64,000 nt of DNA from Octopus sinensis. Its lineage: Eukaryota. The position numbers were made by a program, and so were the translations under genes. The notes under the pieces are model-generated. The model ran no database searches and had not been told where the DNA came from. It saw nothing but the letters and a program-made list of their open reading frames with translations. Location of the stretch: NCBI RefSeq assembly GCF_006345805.1, contig NC_042998.1:144832001-144896000 (forward strand). The letters run 5' to 3'. Shown piece after piece: positions 13,233 through 24,440 of this stretch (its first letter is position 1; every line of letters starts with the position of its first letter).

Positions 13233-14058
13233 TATATATATATATATATGTCTGATTAAGTATCGCAGTTCTGACAACACTAGAGCTGAATGAGATCCAA
13301 CTACCTGGAAATCGCAACTGTCTTTAGCTTATTAGTTGCAACCCCGAACTGAAATTAATTTAAACAAATGCAATCAAACCTACTGACAAAAATAAAAATT
13401 TGGAAAAATTTAGCAAGCTGATCCATAAATTTCCAATTCAAATAAAGTTTGTCACGCTTTCTCTCTCTCTAAACATGCCAGTAAGATCACAGCTGGGGCA
13501 AATCAATAAGGAAGAACTAGATAACTGGCTATAGAATCAATGGCTTGTGTCTTAATAATAACACTTAGTGCAAAGCAATACCACTTGATTCTCAATATCA
13601 TTTACTGTATTTTACAGCATGGAATATGCACTTTTCTAGTAGATACCTTCCACAATGCTAATTGAGAAGTTGTTGCTATGGGTTTCTGAAATCAACAGGA
13701 TGGATGATAGCAGTTCTAGTCAATGGTGGGAGTTAGTGATGAGTATAGTATGATCACCATTGCATATCACATGAATAATCACAGCATAGTTAAAGTGAAG
13801 ACGATAGTATTGTATACTAAAATAATACTTGGCAGCAAACTGATTTCACCCAACAACATGCATAAGTACTCTATTGGTCTGTCCACCAGTTTTGTTAGGT
13901 AACAGGTATTTAGTATGTGCCCACTAGACACATGGATGCAGTTTTGTTAGGTATAAAAAATTTTTACTGCAAGGAACACTCGATGTTATGTCATCACTAT
14001 CTTTACTTTCAATACTTTTATGAACTACACATCACTATTTTATTATCAGGGGATTCAT

Positions 14059-15823
14059 GAAGGAGTCATAACCAATGACTGGTGTAGCAGCACCATAGTC
14101 AACTGATACAAAGGTAAAGGTGATGCCTTAGATAGAAATAATTACAGAGGTATCAAATTGTTGACACAGGTGATGAAAGTTATAGAGAGTCGTAGCTCAA
14201 CTAATTAGGGAGAGAGTTAGTCTAGATGTGATGCAGTTTGGTTTTGTGCAGGGAGAAGCACCACTAATGCTATATTTCTGGTATGGCAGCTGCAATAGAA
14301 ATACATAGCCAAAGATAAACCTTTGTGCTTAGCTTTTGTTGACTTGGAGAAAGCTCTGACAAGATCCCCCGATCCCTTATCTAGTGGTCAATACAGAAAC
14401 TAGGGATAGACAAGTGGCTGGTGAGAGCTGTACAACCCATGTACAGTGACACCGCAAGTAAGGTGAGGATCGGCAACGAGTACAGTGAAGAATTCAGGGT
14501 GCAAGTAAGGGTTCACTAAGGATCAATCTTAAGCCCCTTCTTCATCATAGTCCTGCAGACAATAACAGGAATTTAAGACAGGCTGCCCCTGGGAGCTCCT
14601 CTATACTGATGACCTTGTTCTTATATAGCTGAATCACTACCAGAACTAGAGAAGAGGTTCCAGGTATGGAAGCAAGGTCTAGAATCAAAGGGCCTTTGAG
14701 TTAACTTAGAAAAACCAAAGTCTTAGAAAGTAAAAAGGCAGACAAATCACAAATCCCTTCAGGTAGATGGCCCTGCTCAATCTGTAGAAAAGGTGTAGGT
14801 AGTAACATCCAGTGTAAGATTTGGACACATAAAAGGTGCAGCAACATCAGAGGAAGTTTAACAGGGAAAACAGCTTTTATGTGTGGCAGATGCACAGGTA
14901 TAATAAACACCAAAAATGTATAGAAAATAGCCTCCATCAACTGCCATGGGGGTAAGCTAGAGGTAGTAGATAGCTTCCATTATCTAGGTGATCAAGTGGA
15001 GGTCTATGCTCTGAGAGCATAGCTGTGAAAATAAGATTAGGCTGGGCAAAGTTTAGAAAGCTCCTGCTTCTACTGGCAACAAAGGGCCTCCCTCTCAGAG
15101 TGAAAGGCAGATTGTATGATGCCTGTGTGAGAACAGCTATGCTACATGGCAGTGAAACAGGGACTGTGACAACTGAGGACATGTGTAGGCTTGAAAGAAA
15201 TGAAGTCAGTATGCTTCGCTGGATGTACAATGTTAGTGTGCAAATTTGACAGAGTGTAAGCATCTTGAGAGAAACATTAGGTATAAGAGGTATCAGATGT
15301 GTTGTGCAAGAGAGACGAATATGCTGGTATGGTTATGTGATGCATATGGACAAGGACAGCCATGGTAGAGGTAGACCCAGGAAGACATGGGATGAGGTGG
15401 TGAAGTATTATCTTTGAACTTTGGGCCTCACACAGGCAATGACCAAGACCTCTGACATTATGTTGTGCTTGAGATGACCCATCAAGCCAAGTAAAATCAC
15501 ATTCATGGCAGATACCAGTCACACAAATGGCACCTGTGCTGGTGGTACATAAAAGCACCTTTCAAGCATTGGTCCTCATGGAGACAATGATCAAGTCCAT
15601 TTGACATTATGCTGTGCTTGAGAAGAAGACCCATCAATCCAAGTAAAACTACAGTGATGGCAGATACCAGTGTCATGCTGGTGGTACATAAAAGCACCCA
15701 TTACATTCTCAGGTTGGTGTTAGGAAGGGCATCCAGCTATAGAAACCATGCCAAAACAGACTGGAGCCTTCCAGCTTGCTAGTCCTGGTCAAATCGTCCT
15801 GCCCATGCCATGATGATAATGAT
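14059..15823 (+). mobile_element. 5'-truncated, decayed RTE LINE (RT, PHD remnant, C-terminus, 3' UTR)
   Basis: Colinear with 38830-41045. The YADD motif reads YTDD (TATACTGATGAC); RLYDACVRTAMLHGSETG is present; ends with TGATGATAATGAT. Confidence 0.85.
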
Positions 15824-15974
15824 TGCAAACAAACTAGAGCAGTTATTTTAAGTTTCACCTTTCTTTAATATAATTTTATAAAAATTATTGTATTGTTTGA
15901 AGTCCACTTTTGTATACTCCCAAGGTTGATTGTTATAAAAACTCATTAGTATGATAAGTCAATTTCAGAGCTTC

Positions 15975-16285
15975 TACTTTTCAATGGTCGAATGGGTCAG
16001 ATGGAATTTGTTGAGGCAGACTTTCTATACCTGGATTCCCTACCTATCACCAACCCTTACCTTTTTCGAAGCAAAGAAATATTTCCTCATGGTCAGACAT
16101 GTGCTTCATGCAGAGTAGTTTACAACCGCCACTTGATGTCAAGAAATGGATGCATACATGCATGCACGCATGCACACAACACACACGATGAGCTTTTTTA
16201 TTTTATTTATCAAATCCACTCACAAGGCTTTGATCAGCCTGAGGCTATACTAGCAGACACTTGACCAAGGTGCAGTACTATAACC
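15975..16285 (-). mobile_element. SINE type B (head truncated)
   Basis: Core ATCCACTCACAAGGCTTTGATCAGCCTGAGGCTATA and type B tail; lies about 115 bp 3' of the 16400 exon. Confidence 0.75.
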
Positions 16286-16399
16286 TGAGACTAGACGACA
16301 CTTTCCCAAGACCAAATGATTGAGAACCAAAAGGCAAATGTAAACCTAAACCGCTATAAAGGGTTAATATTACTTACAAAGTAATACTGTAATGCTTAC

Positions 16400-16548
16400 C
16401 TTGATAATAGAGATAGTAAATCTCCTCCAGGATAGAATTCCATGACAAAGTACAGATAATTAGCATCTTGAAAGGTGTAGTGGAGTTTTGTTATCCAGCA
16501 ACTGTCAGCTTTAGCCATGATTTCTTTCTCTTCAGAGAAGAAAGACAC
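16400..16548 (-). CDS. CIT: Internal exon of CIT-like kinase (alphaC helix to hinge)
   Basis: Minus strand reads tag|GTG TCT TTC TTC...TTA TCA AG|gtaagc. It translates as [49 protein letters not shown](R) (149 nt, phase 0 to 2) and joins in frame to the exon at 20243-20418. Missed by the ORF track. Confidence 0.9.
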
Positions 16549-17059
16549 CTACATGAGAAACAAAGAAATCAGAATGAAACATCAGGATACTAACGTATAC
16601 ATGAAATTGAAATGGAGATCCTAAAATAAAGGAATTAAGATAATGGAACATCTTTGTTATTCCTAGAATGGAACTGACTAGATGACTGTTGGTTTGGACA
16701 AGTGCAATAAGATATATTAGAACTGAATATTGCTGCAAGATTTAAAGAATACTTAAATTCTGTATAAACATGAAAGAAAAATAAGTTAAGTTTGGTGAGA
16801 ACATTAAGGATTAAATGGCTCAGTATATTTTTAACCTTTTACAAATAGTTATTATTCAAGGCTAATTCAAGCAGCAAATAAGCAGCTGATCAACTAAAAC
16901 AAGTTCAAAGGAACTGATAATAGAAAATTTTGAACTTGTGATCACTACATAAGCTTGTGTCTTTAATCATTTGCCTTTATGTCTTAGAGTAATAAAATTC
17001 TCAAAATAAAAATAAAATACTCATAGGTAAACATAAGAATCTGATGCATACTTATAAAA

Positions 17060-17600
17060 GAATGGCCATAAGGTTGAGAGGTTCATTTCACAAGTGTGAT
17101 TGTGGGTTCAGTCTCACTGCATGGCACCTTGGGTAAGTGTCTTTGACTATAGCCTTGATCAACTAATGCCTTGTGAGAGAATTAGGTAAATAGAAACTGC
17201 AGAAAGACTATCAAATGTTTTGTCATTGTTTTAACATCCACTTTTCATGCTTGCATGGGTTGTCATGAGCTTATTGAAGCAGATTTTCATAGTTTGATGT
17301 TCCTCTGATTACCAGACTCTTCTATTTCCAAGCAAGGTAATATTTCCTTGTAGTCAGACATGGAAAAGCATGCCACTGCTTGTATGACAGTGACACTCAT
17401 TTACATCTACCACACAATGCCAAGCTGAAGAATCACAAAAACACATACACACTGGACTTCTCTCAGTTCCTGTATACCAAAACCACTCACAAGGCTTTAG
17501 TTGACCCAGGGTTAAAATTGAAGACACTTGGCTAAGGTGCCATGCAGTGGGACTGAACCCAAAACAATATGGTTGGGAGCAAACTTCTTAACCATACAGC
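17060..17600. mobile_element. Two SINE copies in opposite orientation (plus-strand head/core about 17060-17215; minus-strand type B about 17222-17600)
   Basis: CTGCATGGCACCTTGGGTAAGTGTCTT at about 17117 and its reverse complement AAGACACTTGGCTAAGGTGCCATGCAG at about 17521. Confidence 0.75.
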
Positions 17601-18083
17601 TGTCTGTGAGTGTGCAGAAGACCATCCATAAAAATCTTGCCTCACATAACTCATCTAAACCCATACCAGTATGGTGGAAAAGATGTTAAAACTATCAAGT
17701 GAATTACACTATTCATGATACATGTGGGTACAATTCACATAAAAGACACTGTAATGAAACAGAAAGTTAGCTAACGAGTTATTTAAAAAAAGTTAGAAGT
17801 GTTTTTCATGTGGAAAATATGTCATTTTTATAGATATTGGAAAACTTTCAATATGTCATCATATATCGACTAATCTGCTTTTACTGTCGTATTCCATATA
17901 CTTAGATCACTCACAAGTTGTATGGAAAGTCAGTTACAAGTTTGACATATAGTATTATGCAAACATGACAACATGTTACAAATCAAATAATCAGACAAAC
18001 GTATATCTAATGAGGATGATTAGTATATAACATTCTGTCTCTCAACTGAAATTTTATTATCGTTGTTGTTGTTATTATGATTA

Positions 18084-20115
18084 AGGTTCCGAGCTGGTAG
18101 AATTGTTAGCACACAGGGCAAATTGCTTAGAAGCTTTACGTTTGTGTTTATGTTCTGAGTTCAAATTCTGCTAAAGTGAACTTTACTTTTCATCATTTCG
18201 GGACAATAAATTAAGTACTAGTCAAGCACTGCAGTAGACATCATCAAGTAGCCCCTCTCCACAAATTTCAGAAAATATTATTATTATTATTATTATTATT
18301 ATTAGGGTGACAAGCTGGCAGAATTGTTAGCATGTTGGACAGAGTTCAAATTCTGTCAAAGTCAACTTTACCTTTCTCCCTTTTTGGATCAATAAAATAA
18401 GCACAAGGAGTCAATGTAATTGACTTACTTCCTCTCCTTTAAATTGCTGACTTTGTGCTAAAATTTGAAATATTATTAACATGGCAAGCAGGAAGAACTG
18501 TTAATGCATCAAACAGAGTTCAAATTCCACCAAGGTTGATGAAATAAGTACACATTGAGCATTGGAGTTGATGTAACCAACATAACCCCTACCCTAAAAT
18601 GGCTTTCCTTGTACCAAAATTAGAAAGTATTATTAAGGTGGTGAGCAGGAAGAATCATTAGCCTGCTGGACAAAAAGTTTAGCAGCATTTTCGAAAGCTG
18701 AGTTCAAATTCTGCTGGCATCAACTGTGCTTTCATTTTTCAGGGTCAATGAAATAAGTATCAATTGTGCATGGGTTGATGAAAATTTTAGTGTTGTGCTT
18801 CTAGTAGAAAGGATTATTATTATTATTGTTATTATTATTATTATATTATTATTATTGAGAGAGTAGTGCATGCCATCAAAGTGACACTGGGGTACACCAG
18901 GTACATGCATCACAACCATATGTGCACAACATGGTGATCTCATATCAAGATAAACAGCGCATGACCATGCAGGCAGGCTCTGTTAGAATTTTCTTCAGGT
19001 CGAATAGCCCATCCTGCTCTAAAGGTCCCTGAATAAGGGTTGTTTAAAGATGTTGAATGAAACACCTATGCTTCCACAGGTGAATTATTCAAATCCCAAA
19101 GAATTCCTCTCAACACATGGCTATGATGCTCACCACTACTTCTGCTTGTGATTAGAGATGCACATATCGTCAGCCATCAAGAGAAATGCTCAATTGGTTA
19201 TGGTTAAACAACTGACAAGCAAATCTGTGGAACCCAGCAGAATATTTGCTGTAGCCCATGTTTTATACCAAGACAAAACATGTACATGACAGTACTTCCA
19301 ACAGTTATTATTATTATCATTATTATAACACTTGTCATTTTACATTCTGAATTCCATTTCTGTTAAAGCAAACTTTGCATGCTATCCTCCCAGGGTCACA
19401 AAAAACAAGTAACAGTCAGTTACTGTTTGAACCAATATCTGACTGTACCCTCTTACTAAAGTCATAGCTATGCGCTAATAATAAATATTTTCAAATTTTG
19501 GGCACAGGACCAGTAGTTTTTGAAGGGACGGGGAAATTGATTACATCGACCTCAGTACTTAACTTATTTTATTGACCCCAAAAAGATGAAAGATAAAGTT
19601 GACCTCAACAGAACTTGAACTCAGATCATAATTCTAGAAGAAATGCCATAAAGTATAATAAGGATTTCTTTTATTGGCCACAAGGGCTCAATACAATAAT
19701 AATAATCTCAAATTTTTGTACAAAGCAAGCAATTTTAATGATGGCGATGGTTGATTGCATTAACCCCAATACCAAACAGGTACTTTACAAACCCTGAAAA
19801 GATAAAAAGTAAAGTTGACCCTGGTGGTATTTGAACTCAACATAAAGAACTGGAAGACATGTCGTAAAGTATTTTGTCTGTCACACTAATGAATCTACCA
19901 GTTCACTGCCTTAATAATAAGGTTTCCAATTTAAGTATAAGGCCAACAATTTTGAGGGAAGGGTTCAGCTGATACCACTGATCCAGTATTTGATGGGTAA
20001 TCCCTAGAGGGATGAATGGCAAAGGTGTCCTCAGCAGGATTTGAACTCAAAATGTAAAATGTCAGAATACTGCAAAAAATTTTTCTAGCATCCTAATGAT
20101 TCTGTCAGCTTACCA
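18084..20115. mobile_element. Cluster of family-M SINEs: about 4 plus-strand copies (18084-18800), then 3 minus-strand copies (19495-20115)
   Basis: Repeated AGCTGGCAGAATTGTTAGC/GAGTTCAAATTC units separated by (ATT)n tracts, followed by reverse-complement units TTTGAACTCA. Confidence 0.7.
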
Positions 20116-20242
20116 GGAAGGGGAATCACTGTTATTGTCCTCTTCAATTACCATCATCATAATCATATAATTTTGATATTTTTTGCAATTTTTTTTCATA
20201 AACAAACACTATTGGGATAATTAAAACATAGCAATAACTTAC

Positions 20243-20418
20243 ATCAGATTGAGCTAGAGTTTTACTTTTCTCCAGCATTTTCATAGCATGGACAGTACCA
20301 CTATATCTCTCACGCACCACACGAACTTCCCCGAAATGACCACGGCCAATGATTTCCTTCACTTCAAAATCTGTAGCTTTTAACCGGAGCTTTGCTATTT
20401 CCTGGACAGTTTTCTTGT
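20243..20418 (-). CDS. CIT: Internal exon of citron Rho-interacting kinase-like Ser/Thr kinase (N-lobe: Gly-rich loop and beta3 Lys)
   Basis: Minus strand reads tttacag|AC AAG AAA ACT...CAA TCT GAT|gtaagt. It translates as (x)KKTVQEIAKLRLKATDFEVKEIIGRGHFGEVRVVRERYSGTVHAMKMLEKSKTLAQSD (176 nt, phase 1 to 0), with a TACTAAT branch-point-like site about 20 nt upstream. GxGHFxEV matches citron kinase rather than ROCK/MRCK (GRGAFGEV), from my knowledge of the family. The exon is near certain; the gene name is less so. Confidence 0.85.
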
Positions 20419-20687
20419 CTGTAAATAAGAAACAATTAATTAGTAAGTATACATGCACTCAATATATACAATTCCTTATATGCATCTTTCCTACTACTCC
20501 CACCCGCTCTTATACATAGCTATTCAGCATTGTATAAGAGTGGGTGGGAGTAGCAGGAAAGAAGATGGAGATAGTGATAAGATGTTAGAATGAACTATGC
20601 TCACTGATATCTGAGTAAGTTCTAGGGATTTTTAATAAGAACAGAGTTTCTGATAGTTGCTACATTGCTCATGATATGAGCATGTAT

Positions 20688-20817
<130 letters not shown>

Positions 20818-21207
20818 TTATATTCTATTTAGTTATCAAATAGATGAGCTTAAAATATAACATCTCTTGAATTTCTTAAGTTATTTGTGGTTTCTTCTGT
20901 AACTCAATGTTAAACTACTTCCAATGTTTATACTCCTTTTCTACAATGACGTACTCTTCAAACTCTGCTGCAGCCATTCTGATGTAATTGAGCTCAAGCT
21001 AACAAAAGAACCTGCTAGATATAGCAGCCAAATATCCTTGAAACCACATGCAAACCATCTAACAGAAAACAAACACACTAGATAATGTAGTCATGTATAT
21101 ACAGATTGAAAATAACATGTGACGGCCATGGCTGGGGTGCTTTAATCAAAGGTGGTCTGAAGCTAAACAACAACATCTTGCACTTTTCCAGGGTGAATAA
21201 TAATGAG

Positions 21208-21669
21208 TTGTCAGATAAATTTGTTCATTTCTTTTCAATGATATTTGAATAAACATGAAAAAAAAAAATTCTTCTGTTCTTCCTCTTCAACTTGCTTATT
21301 ATTTTTGAAATTTGAATAATTTTTATCTCTCTTCAGACATATGACAATGAAGTGCCACCTTCTTCCACATGACACCACTCACCATCATTTCATTAATCTG
21401 ATCAAAGAACTCAGTGCTTTAAGATTATCACCATTTTTGGTCACTTTCCAACACTACGTAGTGATTCTTTTAAAAACTCAGAGCTGAAAAGGTGGCTGAA
21501 TGAATTCTTTGGGTGAAAACCAGGGATTTCTACTGTCAAGGCATAAACAAGCCAGTGGGACATTGGTAAGTAAACATGAACAATGAAGGAGAATATATTA
21601 TTGGCTGGTTTGTTTAAATTGTCAAATGAAAATTATTGAGGGAGTGGAATGAACAAATTTATCTGACAA
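21208..21669 (+). mobile_element. Internally deleted mariner / MITE with 22-bp perfect TIRs
   Basis: TTGTCAGATAAATTTGTTCATT at 21208-21229 and its exact reverse complement at 21648-21669. The interior resembles a decayed mariner transposase C-terminus. Confidence 0.65.
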
Positions 21670-22683
21670 AGAACATAAAACTAATAAAAACCATGAAATC
21701 TTCAAATTTTTAATAACAGTTTGATAGTTGCAGGCAATGTTCAATAATATTGGATATTATCAAATTTCATAAATATGCATTTTATCAAACATCTGAAACC
21801 TTTTACTGTCAGTATTTTATAAAGCTACTTGACAGGTTGACAATGTCAGTGATATGATAAAAACTAATTTAATTCTATTTAAATATTTAATTGTAGTTCT
21901 CATGTTAACTATTTCACTGAAAGAAGAAAGATAATTGTTATCAACTGATGAAAACTTGCAAATACTCCTAGATATTTGAAGTCAGGTTACATTAATATAG
22001 AAACAATCAAAAGTTAATTTAAAAAGTTATTACAGTTAATACTTTGTGATATGCTACATTTATAATAAAGATACTAGTTATAATAAAGGTGTTACTGATA
22101 AATTCAAATACACAGAAATACCAATTTCAATTAATGTTGGTTTTCAGAAAGATGTATTTCTTTCTCTTCTTTTACTGCAGATAATTTCCAGTATAGTTTA
22201 CCATTTACCTTACTAGCAACTCTATCCCCAAATCGTAAACATAACCTATTTAATTAGATATTTTTTAATTACATAAATCAGGTGTCAAACTTGTTTGGTT
22301 TTGCAGGCCAGATTTAGCACTTTTCCTACCAAGCTTATTTTGTGCCATATTTTCTTTTGCACCATTGGTTTAATTTTGTTTTAAATTATGCTTTGTGTGT
22401 CAGTTTGTAAATATGAAGCAAGAGCTCTACAGTGTAGACAAGTTGAGTTTTTTCATGTCTTATTTTACCTCAATCACTATAATAGATAACAAAATTGCAG
22501 TAAACTACTTGTGTTCCTATCAATTAGAAATTAATGAAAAATTTACTAAAATAATTGTCATTATTAAACCAGTGTTTAAAACATGAAATTTTGATGGAAG
22601 GTTTTATTTTAGATCATTTTAAAATATGAAGTTTGTATCACAGAACCAGGGCAGTCACAGGCAGATTGGTATCAAAAGAATTA

Positions 22684-23640
22684 TGAGGGTTGTTTGAAAA
22701 GTTCATAGGCTGACCAAGATACTCTCATGGAATGTGACCAATTGAGATTTATTTTACATCATCTCCCTTGTAGTTCACACACTTCTTCCATGGGTGTTGC
22801 ATTGGTTAAGAAGCTTTCATCCAGTTGGTAAAAGTCATCAACAACAGATATGACACCATCACTGTGACACTGGTTTCCAGTCAAGTGTTGTTGTTTTTTA
22901 ATGTTGGAGAACAGATGATAGCCAGATGTAGCCAAATCAGGAGAACAGAGAGACTGATAAGCCAGTTCAAAGCCACAGTCACACACAGCAGCCATTGAAA
23001 CCATGGGCTTTTGTGCTGGAGCATTGTCCCAATGAAAGAAGATCCTTTCCATCAGTTTTCCTGGATGTTTGGTCTTGATAGCCTTCTGTAACTGCCTCAG
23101 TAATTGATAGTATGACCCTTTTGAAGATTGTCAATAAACACAATGCCTTTTGCATCTCAAAAACTGAGGCCATCACCCTGTCAGCAGATGAAATGACCAT
23201 GGCCTTCTTTGGACCAGGTGAGGACAGGTGTTTCCACTGCATGGATAGTCTCCTTGTCTGGCTCAAAGTGATGAACCCAATACTCATCCTGGGTTAGGAA
23301 ACATTCAAAGAAACCAGATTTTCCTGTGAGGTGATCAGTTTGGTGCACTTTTGATCAGGTGTCAGAAGATGTGGCACCCACCAAACAGAAACCTTTGTCA
23401 TGCCAAGTTCATTCTGCAGAATATTCTCAACTCTCTCATGGAATATGCTAATAGCATTGAATATTTGATTTATAGTCAATCACCTGTCATCCATCACCAT
23501 GAGGTAAACACAATCAATGTTTTCTTTGGTGGTGGCAGTTGGGTCATCTTTAAGACTCCCCCTTCCCTTCCTAAATTCAGCTGCCAAGAGCTACAGTGTC
23601 ATCTCCTAATGTAGCAACCTTGTCTAATTTAATAGCACCA
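22684..23640 (-). mobile_element. Mariner transposon relic (catalytic region and 3' TIR)
   Basis: Fragments WVPHLLTPDQK, SMQWKHLSSPGPKK, FHWDNAP and SPDLATSGYHLF (mariner WVPHEL, DNA and SPDL motifs). TIR-like TA|TGAGGGTTGTTTGAAAAGTT at 22682. Confidence 0.85.
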
Positions 23641-23649
23641 CCTGGAAGC

Positions 23650-24070
23650 GATACAGTCAGCTCTGGGGAATCGTAGCCCATTCAAGCAGAGGGTTATTGT
23701 TTTCAGAGACATATCTGGGTGTGGGTAGTTTATCTGGTATTTGTTGGGAGTAATCATCTAGGGATCATTTGAATGCTGTGAAGTCACTTTCCTCCTTTAT
23801 GTGTCTGGCATTATGTTGAAGAGAGCAGGGTCAATTGAGGTGAAATAGTTCTGTCATAGTATTGTGATATGACACAAATATTTCTGTAGTGGACGGATGG
23901 CACAGGGGCCAAGCCTTGGACGAATTTTAAAGACGGGCAATGTTGATGGAATATTTTCCACATCATACAGAAGATATAGAGCTCACAGCAGAGGCAGAGG
24001 GAGCAAAGCCTGAGCTTTTTGAGTCGACCCCAATAGTCAAGGCTTGTCATATCATCCTCCGCAGACCTCT
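23650..24070 (-). mobile_element. CR1/L2-type LINE 3' end relic
   Basis: LDYWGRLKKLRLCSLCLCCELYIFCMMWKI resembles the 'L.Y.ERL..L.L.SL..RR' C-terminal motif of CR1-group ORF2. Confidence 0.6.
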
Positions 24071-24261
24071 GCCAAGCAGTTTATTTTAAGATAGATATGC
24101 AAGTAAAATTACTAATAGAGAAACGAAAATAAACTTTGGATTCAGCAACAGTATCATAGGTTGCGTGGAATTGATGAATGTGTTTTCAAGGGAGATAATC
24201 AAAGAATGTAACATTGTAATACTTCATGTAAAGTAGATATAACAAATGAAAAATCCTTCAA

Positions 24262-24440
24262 GAATCCATAAAAGTTCCCGGATCACTACCAAAATTTCAT
24301 CATTTGTTCCTTGTTTCATTACCAACTTTTCCTGTAAGTTTCATCAAATACTGTTGACAACTTTTTGAGTTGTTTTGCAGACAGACAGACGGACAAACCA
24401 ACACTGATGAAAACATAACCTCATTCCTTGGCGGGTAAAA
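24262..24440 (+). mobile_element. Non-autonomous Helentron-associated (HINE/DINE-1-like) element, 3' part
   Basis: ...CCGGATCACTACCAAAATTTCATCATTTGTTCC...TTTTTGAGTT...(GACA)n...AACATAACCTC..CCTTGGCGG. The (GACA)n tract plus terminal palindrome resembles DINE-1-like elements (recollection). Confidence 0.5.
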
